Positions 51,001 to 59,089 of a DNA stretch of 64,000 nt are shown here, in pieces (position 1 is the first letter of the stretch; each line of letters opens with the position of its first letter). The notes below the pieces were generated by a model that did no database searches, was not told the origin of the DNA, and worked only from the letters and a program-made list of their open reading frames with translations. The stretch spans positions 11,594,001 to 11,658,000 of the forward strand of contig OX597838.1 of assembly GCA_951406725.2 (NCBI GenBank), written 5' to 3'. Both the position numbers and the translations under genes were made by a program. Origin of the DNA: Octopus vulgaris. Taxonomy: Eukaryota.

Positions 51001-54000
51001 TGCCATGCAGTGGGACTGAACCCGAAACCATATGGCTAGGAAGCAAGCTCCCTAACCACACAGCCATGCCCACGCCTTACTGGTATATATATATGTGTGA
51101 CCACATGTGTACCGTTGGCGATTTTCTTTCCTCTGTCTTCCCTTCTCTGGATCTTTCCTTCTCCTATGTTTCCGACGAAGAGCTCTGCTCGAAACGTTAA
51201 ACCCTCCTTCTTTCCTTCCTTCCTGAGCGTCCAATAATACTATATTTGTTCCACGTCCTCGCGTTGTTGTGTTTTTTTGTGCTTTCTTGTTTGGATTAAC
51301 TTTATATATATATATACATTTGTGTATGTGTAGATATGCCGTGAACAGTTTGTAGCACTGCACAATGAACCAATTCTAGAAGACCTCTCAAAACATCTCA
51401 TTGACACCTACTGTTCCAATGTAAGGTAAGTGCAGATATTTATTACTTTTTTAATCATACCTGGAGATAGTCTGCACATATACGCTCATTTAAGTATGAG
51501 GAGCATAGCAAATCTGTCTCCCTGGCAACCATATGCACCATCTAATAAATAGAAAGGTACCATAAAGGATATCCTGGGCCATAATAAATTCCAGGGTCCC
51601 ATACCAAAGCCAGCAATCCATTGGTGGACTATGCCTAAAAAAAGCCTTCCAAATATTAATACATAATTCACTGCAATTACTAAATAAATAAACTGAAGCT
51701 TTTTCTATATGTTGTAACAGGTTCGGTCACATCTTTAAATTCTTCCATAGATCCAAATGCAAACAGAATCAACACGCATAACACATCCATCCATGGATGT
51801 TATATATATATATATATATATACATACACACACATACATGCATATACATATATATATATACATATATTGATTGTTATGTATGTATGTATGTATGTATAAC
51901 TGTAATATATTATGAAAGTATACATCTATGAGTTACATGCTTTTAGAGAAATGAGTATTTTTTAATGAAATTTTATTCAAAAATGTTTCTCTTGGTTTAG
52001 ATTCCAATTATATTGGAGTTCGTTGTGAAAAACATTTTTTGTAAGTTGGAAGAGCAGTTTTGGAAAATTCAAACAATTCAGCTTTGATGGGAGCAAAAAA
52101 AGGTTTCACCACAAATTCTAATATAGTTGGAATGTACACTATCAGAAGCATATTTGTAGAAAATTTTATTTAAAAATATCCATTTTCCCTAAAGTTATGA
52201 AGAAACAAATTCGGTGGGGCACTCTTGTGTAAGTATGCATAATATATAAAAAGCATTATGGTAAAATAGACAGTTTATGGATTGCTAGAAATAGGAGCCA
52301 ATACACCACAACTTGGCCACCCCCATTCCATTGTATGAATTGTTAATAGTTCTTATGTTCTGAGTTCAAATCTTTCTGAGGTTAAGATTGACATGTCCCT
52401 AATATCAATCTTATCTTCTTACAGGAAACAACAGATCCGTCAAGAAGACTTTAATCATCTGCTTTCCATTTTCAGTAACGTCCCTCACAAAGGTCAGTAG
52501 GATTTCATTGTTTTTATTATTTGTAGTTCTTGCTTTGAATTCATCATCATCATCATTCATCGTTTAGCGTCCGCTTTCCATGCTGGCATGGGTTGGATGG
52601 TTCAACTGGGGTCTAGGAAGCCAGAAGGCTGCACCAGGCCCAGTCTGATCTGGCAGTGTTTCTACAGCCGGATGCCCTTCCTACGCCAACCACCCCATGA
52701 GTGTAGTGGGTGTTTTTTTACGTGCCACCAGCACAGGTGCCAGACGAGGCTGGCAAACGGCCACGGTCGGATGGTGCTTTTTAGAATAAAAATGCCTTGC
52801 AGTATTTATTTTGGTTTCTACTTTCTCAGTCCAAATTAACCCATGGTCAAATTTACCTTTTCATCCTTTCAAGGTCAGTAAAATGAAATACCAGTCAAAT
52901 AATGGGGGTCAATGTAATCGACTAGCCACATCCCTTTGTACCTAAATTATAAATTATTAAAGGGCAGACAGAATTTCTTGTGGTAGTTGTTCTGAGAGTT
53001 CAGGTCCGACTGAGGTCAACTTTGCTTTTCATCCTTCCAGGGTCAATAAAATAAAGTACCACTGGGAACTGGGTGGAGAGTTCAAATTTATAAACTTTAC
53101 CTCTCCCCCAAGTTTTGCCCTTGTGTCTATGGAACAAAATATTTTTTAGTATTTTGTTGCTTTTCTTTGCCCTTTCATCTCTTCATATATATCTGCATGT
53201 TTGTGTGTGTGTGTATATATATATAATCATCATCACCCAAACTTGCATGGGTCACAAGAGAGTATGTTGAACAACAAACAACTTGAACATAAATGAATAG
53301 CATAGGCGCAGGAGTGGCTGTGTGGTAATTAGCTTGCTTACCAACCACATGGTTCCGGGTTCAGTCCCACTGCGTGGCACCTTGGGAAAATGTCTTCTAC
53401 TATAGCCTCGGGCCGACCAAAGCCTTGTGAGTGGATTTGGTAGACGGAAACTGAAAGAAGCCCATCGTATATATGTGTATATGTATGTTTGTGTGTCTGT
53501 GTGTCTGTGTTTGTCCCCCTAGCATTGCTTGACAACCGATGCTGGTGTTTTTATGTCCCCGTAACTTAGTGGTTCGGCAAAAGAGACCGATAGAATAAGT
53601 ACTGGGCTTACAAAGAATAAGTCCCGGGGTCGAGTTGCTCGATTAAAGGTGGTACTCCAGCATGGTCGCAGTCAAATGACTGAAACAAGTAAAAGAGTAA
53701 GAGTATAGTGTGTGTGTGTGTGTGCGCACGTGCGTGTGTATATACAGGGATGCTGTCAGTAAGGTGAGGGTTGGCAACAAGTACACTGAAGAATTCAGGG
53801 TAGAGGTAGGAGTCCACCAAGGTTCAGTCCTCAGCCCCCTCCTATTTATCATAGTCCTCCAGGCAATAACGGAGGAATTCAAGACAGGATGCCCCTGGGA
53901 GCTCCTCTATGCTGATGACCTTGCTCTAATTGCTGAGTCACTATCAGAACTAGAGGAAAAGTTTCAAGTGTGGAAACAAGGATTAGAATTGAAGGGCCTT

Positions 54001-55589
54001 AGAGTCAACGTAGCTAAAACCAAAGTCCTAATAAGTAGGAAGGTAGGCAAACCACAAATCCCTTCAGGTGGATGGCCCTGCACGATCTGTAGTAGAGGCG
54101 TAGGTAGAAACTCTATAAGATGTACCCAGTGTAAGCTATGGACATATAAGAGGTGCAGTAATATCAAAGGATGGCTAACTGGGAAGATACACACACACAC
54201 ACACACACACCTGTTCAATATAGAACAGAGCACTAATTTTGAAGTAGTGATATAAAAGTAGAAGCTAAGTAATTAGTATGGATTATTGTCCTTTTCATTT
54301 GCATCAATGCCTAGAACTTTCTACCCACAAAATAAATAGGGCAACGGTATCCACACAAATTGACTTTCATGCACTGATTCAAGTTTTGTTAGGCAATTGC
54401 AATTAACAATTATACAGGTTAAGATATTTTCACATAAGTTGTAAATGGGAACAATGAGCTAAAAGTATAAATGAATAGCAAATGAATAAATAAAGTAGGC
54501 TAAAACAAGGTAAAATTAGATGAAATGGAGTACAAGAAATATCTATCCTTCATTCATAGCACTCTCCACCTACATTTTACATTGATCACCTTTCTGTGTT
54601 ATCAAATTATTTCTCCTTCATTACCACCACACATCTGTCACCCTCCTCATACATTATACCTACCTCTCCCTTTCACAGTCTTGCGACCTGTCCAACTACA
54701 TGTCATCTCTTTATCCTCCTCCTCCTCTTATCTACTGTATCATGATTACTATTCTACTTCTCTTCATACTTTCTGTAATTTTAGTAATCTCCCACTCCTC
54801 TCTACTCATATGTATCATTGATCCTCTTCACTTATCCACCATTCACTACATCCACCCTTCAACTTCATCCAATCTCTAAACATTTGATTCTCTTCCGTTT
54901 CTTCCATTGGTGCACGATTCTTCATTGTACACCTCTTTGTTGTCTATTTATTATATATTTCTATACTTTTTCACTTGTCTAATTCCATGCATTGCTTGCC
55001 TTCTCTTTGCCTCATAAATTTACTCATGCTGTTTGCATGCCTTTTACCTGTCCTTACACCTATGCTGAATCGACCATACTTTGTTAATCTACTTTGTGAA
55101 TTGACTATAACATCTATGTATACACGCACACACACACAAACACACACATACATATATATATATATATACACTTTATTCTACCACTGGTATTTGAGTACTC
55201 TTTTTTCCACCTTGTTTCACATTTATGTGTTTACTCCGGTATATATATATATATATATATACATATACATACATATATATACATTCGAAATGTGACTGCG
55301 TGTGTATCGTTGCCGATTTTTTTTTTTCCTCTGTCTTCCCTTCTCTGGATCTTTCCTTCTCCTATGTTTCCGACAAAGAGCTCCGCTCGAAACGTTAAAC
55401 CCTCCTTCTTCCCTTCCTTCCTGAGCGTCCAATAATACTATATTTGTTCCACGTCCTCGCATTGTTGTGTTTTTTTTGTGCTTTCATGTTTGGATTAACT
55501 TTATATATATATATACAGTTGGTTTTGTTTCTTTTTCAGGAGAATTCCAACTTGAGAAAATTCTGCAATCTACTTATTTCTTCAGCTGA
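9182..55589 (+). CDS. POLRMT: DNA-directed RNA polymerase, mitochondrial (single-subunit, T7-like); complete 32-exon gene, about 1371 aa
   Basis: The 32 GT-AG exons join into one open frame. It has an acid-free N-terminus (presequence-like), [17 protein letters not shown]-like helices ([27 protein letters not shown]), [17 protein letters not shown], motif [13 protein letters not shown], motif [24 protein letters not shown], motif C VHDCFW and C-terminal STYFFS*. Confidence 0.97.
11853..12131 (+). mobile_element. CR1/L2-group LINE 3' end (family F)
   Basis: [48 protein letters not shown] followed by an (AATTG)n tail. Other copies at 20505-20770(+), 31203-31397(-) and 43341-43465(+). Confidence 0.8.
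12203..12319 (+). CDS. POLRMT: POLRMT exon 2
   Basis: ctttctag|(S)[12 protein letters not shown]...NHKELVA-T|gtgaga. Confidence 0.85.
12885..13270 (-). mobile_element. SINE family B
   Basis: Same consensus as 503-884. Further copies at 23125-23471(-), 4238-4380(+, partial) and 43890-44090(+, partial). Confidence 0.85.
13427..14355 (+). CDS. POLRMT: POLRMT exon 3 (large N-terminal extension)
   Basis: tttcag|(L)LNARLSQLQ...[11 protein letters not shown]|gtgagg; coincides with the 330-aa ORF. Confidence 0.93.
15289..15414 (+). CDS. POLRMT: POLRMT exon 4 (PPR-like)
   Basis: ctttag|VNKALAII...[11 protein letters not shown]|gtgaga. Confidence 0.92.
15442..15857 (+). mobile_element. SINE family C (tRNA-like head plus Meta-domain-like core), 1.8 tandem copies
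   Basis: GGCGGCGAGCTGG.AGAAACGTTAGC...GAGTTCAAATTC-CGCCGAGGTCGACTTTGCCTTTCATCCTTTCGGGGTCGATAAATTAAGTACC...AAAGAAATA. Other copies: 9484-9638(-), 10205-10393, 16603-16833, 17547-17778, 21605-21834, 27419-27647(-), 33567-33787, 36355-36727, 42191-42595, 43675-43888, 59955-60179(-), 60978-61209(-). Confidence 0.85.
16304..16459 (+). CDS. POLRMT: POLRMT exon 5 (PPR-like)
   Basis: ttacag|[13 protein letters not shown]...[17 protein letters not shown]...LKRD|gtaggt. Confidence 0.93.
17977..18045 (+). CDS. POLRMT: POLRMT exon 6
   Basis: tttcag|[23 protein letters not shown]|gtgaga. Confidence 0.9.
18400..18900 (-). mobile_element. Mariner transposase relic
   Basis: [20 protein letters not shown]...[13 protein letters not shown] and [16 protein letters not shown] (YSPDLAPSDY-like). 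Confidence 0.8.
18900..19258 (-). mobile_element. Tc1-like element 5' end (TIR plus paired-like HTH)
   Basis: ta|CAGGGGTTGGACAAAATAATGGAAACACC terminus; [15 protein letters not shown]...[15 protein letters not shown]. Confidence 0.8.
19317..19424 (+). CDS. POLRMT: POLRMT exon 7
   Basis: ttacag|[11 protein letters not shown]...LLDT|gtaagt. Confidence 0.88.
19908..20213 (+). mobile_element. SINE with family A head/body and a different 3' tail
   Basis: Matches family A up to ...CTCTCACTCTT (about 20088), then continues with an unrelated tail. Confidence 0.8.
20810..20950 (+). CDS. POLRMT: POLRMT exon 8
   Basis: atgaag|MIEKNPY...HVVLKSV...SST|gtaagt. Confidence 0.85.
22843..22933 (+). CDS. POLRMT: POLRMT exon 9
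   Basis: attcag|[19 protein letters not shown]...NKK-T|gtgagt. Confidence 0.88.
23667..23740 (+). CDS. POLRMT: POLRMT exon 10
   Basis: cttcag|(Y)[24 protein letters not shown]|gtaagt. Confidence 0.9.
24198..24320. repeat. (AAT)n microsatellite, representative of many (TA)n, (CA)n, (GA)n, (ATC)n and (AAT)n tracts
   Basis: Direct reading; others at 4385-4448, 9640-9683, 9860-9900, 35249-35329 and 55712-55763. Confidence 0.95.
25405..25605 (+). mobile_element. Family D: Penelope-pLTR-like short element with a minimal hammerhead-like motif
   Basis: GTTT-CCGATGA-A-GAGCTC-GAAACGTT-AAAC at 25478-25507; four copies in the window. Confidence 0.65.
25664..25795 (+). CDS. POLRMT: POLRMT exon 11
   Basis: ctgcag|[14 protein letters not shown]...LVSKK|gtaaaa. 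Confidence 0.9.
25972..26088 (+). CDS. POLRMT: POLRMT exon 12
   Basis: ctgcag|[12 protein letters not shown]...HRLIW...GPSL|gtaaat. Confidence 0.9.
26139..26504 (+). mobile_element. Family E copy with three 63-bp tandem units
   Basis: GGTGG units start at 26139, 26202, 26265 and 26328. Confidence 0.85.
26612..27230 (+). mobile_element. SINE family B, two tandem 5'-truncated copies
   Basis: Family B body is repeated, with the junction at about 26990. Confidence 0.82.
27362..27403 (+). CDS. POLRMT: POLRMT exon 13 (42 nt)
   Basis: ttgcag|[14 protein letters not shown]|gtaagt. Confidence 0.9.
27749..28300. mobile_element. hAT (Charlie-like) MITE with a nested piggyBac-type MITE
   Basis: Ends CAGTGGTTCTTAAC...GTTGAGAACCTCTG. 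Confidence 0.75.
27994..28215. mobile_element. piggyBac-type MITE (TTAA TSD, CCCTTTAG TIR)
   Basis: TTAA|CCCTTTAG...CTAAAGGG|TTAA; copies at 30018-30238, 30664-31036, 40515-40733 and 61702-61921. Confidence 0.85.
29258..29663 (-). mobile_element. SINE family B inserted in the right arm of the foldback
   Basis: Full-length consensus match. Confidence 0.85.
30437..30513 (+). CDS. POLRMT: POLRMT exon 14
   Basis: tttcag|[15 protein letters not shown]...SN-AG|gtaggt. Confidence 0.9.
31524..31593 (+). CDS. POLRMT: POLRMT exon 15 (intercalating-hairpin region)
   Basis: tttcag|(S)[23 protein letters not shown]|gtttgt. Confidence 0.92.
32195..32393 (-). mobile_element. Family D copy (antisense to POLRMT)
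   Basis: Reverse complement of 32287-32321 = GTTT-CCGACGA-A-GAGC-TCC-GCTC-GAAACGTT-AAAC. Confidence 0.65.
33820..33955 (+). CDS. POLRMT: POLRMT exon 16
   Basis: attcag|PHPK...[10 protein letters not shown]...LLAT-A|gtgagt. Confidence 0.95.
34607..34746 (+). CDS. POLRMT: POLRMT exon 17
   Basis: ccacag|(T)KLVR...[18 protein letters not shown]|gtaagc. Confidence 0.95.
35421..35521 (+). CDS. POLRMT: POLRMT exon 18
   Basis: cttcag|[22 protein letters not shown]...IT-AG|gtaaat. Confidence 0.95.
35675..35960 (+). mobile_element. RTE/RTEX-like LINE ORF2 C-terminal fragment
   Basis: [17 protein letters not shown]...[11 protein letters not shown]...LLLWKP...RGR...YPD...AMMD..IWR. Confidence 0.75.
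36179..36299 (+). CDS. POLRMT: POLRMT exon 19 (thumb)
   Basis: ttatag|(S)DM...[19 protein letters not shown]|gtaagt. Confidence 0.95.
36805..36889 (+). CDS. POLRMT: POLRMT exon 20 (DxxGR motif)
   Basis: tttcag|[29 protein letters not shown]|gtaagt. Confidence 0.97.
37064..37997. mobile_element. Inverted pair of SINE family B copies (37064-37468 -, 37685-37997 +)
   Basis: Same family in opposite orientation, about 215 bp apart, in intron 20. Confidence 0.85.
38950..39061 (+). CDS. POLRMT: POLRMT exon 21
   Basis: ttgcag|(G)[38 protein letters not shown]|gtaagg. Confidence 0.97.
39407..39485 (+). CDS. POLRMT: POLRMT exon 22
   Basis: tgttag|(R)[26 protein letters not shown]|gtaaat. Confidence 0.95.
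39909..40031 (+). CDS. POLRMT: POLRMT exon 23
   Basis: tgtcag|[21 protein letters not shown]...SHLPVHQ|gtatag. Confidence 0.97.
41944..42066 (+). CDS. POLRMT: POLRMT exon 24 (motif A)
   Basis: ctttag|[16 protein letters not shown]...DVYSDICEL|gtaagg. Confidence 0.98.
42941..43018 (+). CDS. POLRMT: POLRMT exon 25
   Basis: tcacag|[26 protein letters not shown]|gtaagt. Confidence 0.96.
44240..44957 (-). mobile_element. SINE family C, three head-to-tail copies (period 242 bp)
   Basis: Identical ORFs at 44308-44553 and 44550-44795 show the 242-bp period. Confidence 0.9.
45198..45580 (-). mobile_element. tRNA-headed SINE family A, full length
   Basis: Reverse complement of 8286-8670; ends 41 nt before POLRMT exon 26. 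Confidence 0.88.
45622..45810 (+). CDS. POLRMT: POLRMT exon 26 (motif B, O/Y helices)
   Basis: acacag|[18 protein letters not shown]...[10 protein letters not shown]|gtgaga. Confidence 0.98.
46555..46712 (+). CDS. POLRMT: POLRMT exon 27 (specificity loop)
   Basis: ttccag|[11 protein letters not shown]...[15 protein letters not shown]...STF-GA|gtgagg. Confidence 0.95.
46830..47110 (-). mobile_element. CR1-group LINE ORF2 C-terminal fragment
   Basis: [39 protein letters not shown]...SNSL; a related relic lies at about 48660-49060(-). Confidence 0.75.
48162..48260 (+). CDS. POLRMT: POLRMT exon 28
   Basis: ttccag|(E)[34 protein letters not shown]|gttggt. Confidence 0.97.
49830..50290 (+). mobile_element. 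L1/Tx1-like LINE ORF2 C-terminal relic
   Basis: Degenerate CPx..ETI..AL zinc-knuckle region followed by [13 protein letters not shown]; contains stops. Confidence 0.55.
50514..50586 (+). CDS. POLRMT: POLRMT exon 29 (motif C)
   Basis: tttcag|(R)[24 protein letters not shown]|gtaaag. Confidence 0.98.
51097..51302 (+). mobile_element. Family D copy
   Basis: Motif at 51168-51202; ends about 31 nt before exon 30. Confidence 0.65.
51334..51425 (+). CDS. POLRMT: POLRMT exon 30
   Basis: gtgtag|[32 protein letters not shown]|gtaagt. Confidence 0.95.
52425..52492 (+). CDS. POLRMT: POLRMT exon 31
   Basis: ttacag|(R)[23 protein letters not shown]|gtcagt. Confidence 0.92.
53304..53705 (+). mobile_element. 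SINE family B, full length
   Basis: Consensus match. Confidence 0.85.
53741..54187 (+). mobile_element. RTE-clade LINE ORF2 fragment (RT domain plus Cys-rich insert)
   Basis: [13 protein letters not shown]...LLYADDL...[11 protein letters not shown]...[23 protein letters not shown]. Confidence 0.9.
55170..55502 (+). mobile_element. Family D copy with upstream companion segment
   Basis: Motif at 55366-55400 (CCGACAA variant). The companion CTACCACTGGTATTTGAGTACTC...ACTCCGG is also seen at about 31925-31990. Confidence 0.65.
55540..55589 (+). CDS. POLRMT: POLRMT exon 32 (stop)
   Basis: tttcag|(G)[18 protein letters not shown]; matches the conserved C-terminus of phage-type RNA polymerases. 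Confidence 0.97.
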
Positions 55590-55708
55590 ACATGGAATTT
55601 TAAAGATCGACTCCTTAAACTGTTTTCTTCTGTGAATATTGGAAATGGTGGAAGATACTTGTTTTCTGCTGACAACCACTGATCAAAAGCTCTGTGTTTA
55701 TGCACTCA

Positions 55709-55765
<57 letters not shown>

Positions 55766-55852
55766 ATGTTTCTGTTTTGTAAAAAAATGAAATTTTTTTT
55801 CATTATTTGGACTGCTGTGATATTTGATAAAATTTATGAGATCCTAAACTAG

Positions 55853-55887
55853 AATAAAAAAAAAACAGATTCTTTTATGAGAATAAA
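55853..55887 (+). terminator. Candidate POLRMT polyadenylation signals
   Basis: AATAAA at 55853-55858 and 55882-55887, about 265-295 nt after the stop codon. Confidence 0.5.
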
Positions 55888-56407
55888 AGAACAAAAATTT
55901 TCAGTCTGGCTGTGAATAATATTGTGGAATAAAACATATTTTTGTGTTGATGGGTGGAAGATAGGGTATAAAAGGGATAAGGTTTGGAAGGGGTGCTGTA
56001 ATGAAGTGAAAGAAGTTAGATCCAGGTGAGAAAAAAATTATCTGTTTGTGATATAATTTCAGCATGGTATGATTGTTAAACAAATACATGTGTGTGTGTG
56101 TGTGTGTGTGTTACCAGTGCATTAAGATTCTTGTACAGGTGCTATTTGGTATTACAGCAGAGCATGTCCTCTTGTATGCACGTGTGTGCATATGCACATG
56201 TAAAACAAGCATACATATACTCATATATCACAGGTCTTCTAGTTCAGAACTGACCTGATGATATCAAAGAACATTCTACCACATTAGCCAACATGGGGAC
56301 TCTTTGAAGACTTTTACTCTGCTTGAAATAATAACCAAATCTCACTAATATTGTGCTCTGCTACCTCGAAAATTGATGTATACATTGACTAATGTGTCCT
56401 TATAAAT

Positions 56408-56614
56408 CAGGGGTGGGCGAACTTTTTTGATTGCGGGCCGCACAGTGCGTCTTTGGAACCTTGGCGGGCCTCATTTATAAAAATCAAGTGAAAATATTTT
56501 TAAAGGCGGTTATAGACCTATAAACACACAATTGATTGAAAGGAAATTTTGTGAAATATTCCTCTCGGCGGGCCGCATGAAAACCTATCGCGGGCCGTAG
56601 TTTGCCCACCCCTG
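56408..56614. mobile_element. hAT-type MITE with perfect 8-bp TSD
   Basis: TIR CAGGGGTGGGC(G/A)AACT; TSD TTATAAAT at 56400-56407 and 56615-56622. Confidence 0.9.
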
Positions 56615-56989
56615 TTATAAATAGTAGACTCAGTGTGTCTAAAAAGATGGGATAATTGTGGCTGGAAGTTTGTCATCAAAGATTTGCTTGCTCACAGCGA
56701 TGAGAATGATGACATTGATAATGTGGAGAATTTTCTGTTCTTGTAGGCAAAATTATGAAAATATTTTGTTTATATTTTAAACTTTAGATTGGTCTCAGAC
56801 TGAAATAATGAGTTAAAAACAGAATTTTTAAAAATTAATAAAGGCAATATTTAAAAATTTTCTTTGAGTCAGCGAAAAGTACTGCATTAAATTCAATGTC
56901 CAATATACACATGGACATGCACAAAATGAAGCAGTGTGTGTGTTTGTGTATATAGAAACTGAAAATTTCATTAAATTAGACAGCAGTGT

Positions 56990-58260
56990 AACTGAAACTA
57001 TGAATGGTCAGTACATATAGGGTCATTCATTGGAAAAAGACTAAGATTTCAGAGAAAAGGTGCAAGAAAAGAAGTGAAATTTTCCTGTCTCAATAAACAT
57101 GAACTCTACATTACATATTGTCTACTTTCATCGGTTTTCCTTGGTGTTTGATCCTAGAAGACTTTCACAACTGCTTCAACATGTTGGCTTTGTAGCCTCC
57201 ATTGATGGTATGGCCCCTTTTGAAAATAGTCAATAAGCACAATTCCTTTTGCATCCCCCAAAAAACTGATGCTATCCCTGCAGATGAAACAACCTTGGCC
57301 TTTGAAGCAGATGAAGAGGTGTTTTTCCTCTGTGTGGATTATTTGTTTGTCACTGGCTCAAAATGATGAAACCAACACTCATTCAGGATTAGGAAACGTT
57401 GAAGGAAACCAGCTGGATCTGCCTAAAACAATATCAGACTTTCCCATGATTTGACCAGCCTAGCATGCTTTTGAGCAGAAACCTTCATCACACCAATTTC
57501 ATTGTGCAAAATATTTTCAACTCTCTCACAGGGTATGATAATAACATTGGCTTGCTAGTGCCGCCCCGACTGGCCTCCGTGCCGGTGGCATGTAAAAAAC
57601 ACCATCCGATCGTGGCCGTTGCCAGCCTTGCCTGGCCTCCATGCCGGTGGCATGTAAAAAGCACCATCCGATCGTGGCCGTTGCCAGCCTTGCCTGGCCT
57701 CCATGCCGATAGCACATAAAAAGCACCATCCGATCGTGGCCGTTGCCAGCCTCATCTGGCCCCTGTGCCAGTGGCACGTAAAAAGCACCCACTACACACA
57801 CGGAGTGGTTGGTGTTAGGAAGGGCATCCAGCCGTAGAAACACTGCCAGATCAGACTGGGCCTGGTGCAGCCTTCTGGCTTCACAGACCCCAGTTGAACC
57901 GTCCAACCCATGCTAGCATTGAAAGCGGACGCTAAACGATGATGATGTTGTCATCCATCACCATATGGTGAACACAATATCTTCCTTGGTGGTGGCAACT
58001 GCAAGACGTCCAGCTCTTTGGGTGATCTTTAAGACACTCCCTTCAACTCCTAAATTTAGATGCCCACTTTTGCACTGCTGCTAAAGCTGGAGCATCATCC
58101 CTTAATGTAGTAAGTATGTCAGCATGAATGTCATTGGGGGTTAAACCGTTTTTCTACAGGTACTTGATAACATCATGATGCCAAATTTTGTCCATTCTCA
58201 AGAGAAGTTGCTATTAGTTACTTCTGAAGTCTTTGAACAGTCAAATGCCAGTTGAACTCT
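56990..58260 (-). mobile_element. Mariner relic interrupted by a family E copy
   Basis: MDKIWHHDVIKYL...IHADI...AP..AAVQKWA; AKVVSSAG...DAKGIVLIDYFQKG; frameshifted. Confidence 0.75.
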
Positions 58261-59089
58261 GCAAAATTTCTCCCAGGGCTCAAATCCTATCATGGTCACC
58301 CTCTACCTTTCATTCTTGATGAAGCAAGTACCAGTCTAATACTGGTGTTCAGTAATTCAATTTGTCCACTATTTCCAAGGGTGACAGAATCGATAGAGTC
58401 AGATAAAATATTTTTTGGGGTCGAGTTACCTCCCAAGTTCAAACCCTAGTTTTCACCCTTCTTGGGTGGTAAGAAGTCAGTTAAATAAAATAGCAGTTAA
58501 GTATTGGGCTTGGCTAAATCCACCATGCTCCTCTCTCCTTCCAGATTTGTAGTCTTGTCTAAATTATAGATGTAATTACTATCATTAATATTTCATTACT
58601 CAATTATAGGTTATAATCACTATCATTATTATTATTTTCTGTCCCAATTACTGTCATTAATATTTGCCAGGACTGAAACAGTATTTCAATTCATTTGTGA
58701 TACATTCTTGTAAAAAAAAGAAAAAAAAAATTGCAGTTTTTCCAATTGCATAAACTAAAAGTTGGAGCGGGGATGGGATATTGAGTTTAACTTTATATCC
58801 AGCTGATTTAGCAAGCGGGGCCTCATATCATTGAGGGGGGGCCGGTGCGCATTGAAGCCGTCGAGAGGTAGGCCCCGAAACGGTGCGCATTCTCTCCTGA
58901 TGACCCCATACACTTGCTGACTTCCGGTATACGGAGCTTTTGACTGGTAGCACTTGCATGTGCAAGTTGTTTGCAAGACACCTGCATCAACTTGCTGTAA
59001 AAGCAGGTAGTAATTTTACTTTGTTATTATTCTTAGTGCGAGTTTTGAAGAGTGCAGTTCGATTTTAACAATTATTTTTTTCAGAGCTA

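Noticed and set aside
36805-55589. Phage T7-like RNA polymerase suggesting viral integration or horizontal transfer
   Set aside because: The gene has 31 spliceosomal introns, PPR-like helices and a presequence-like N-terminus. It is the ordinary nuclear-encoded POLRMT.
58872-58912. Hammerhead (GAAA...CTGATGA) in the GC-rich island
   Set aside because: The flanks are CCCC on both sides, so stem II cannot pair, and no valid stem I/III arrangement was found.
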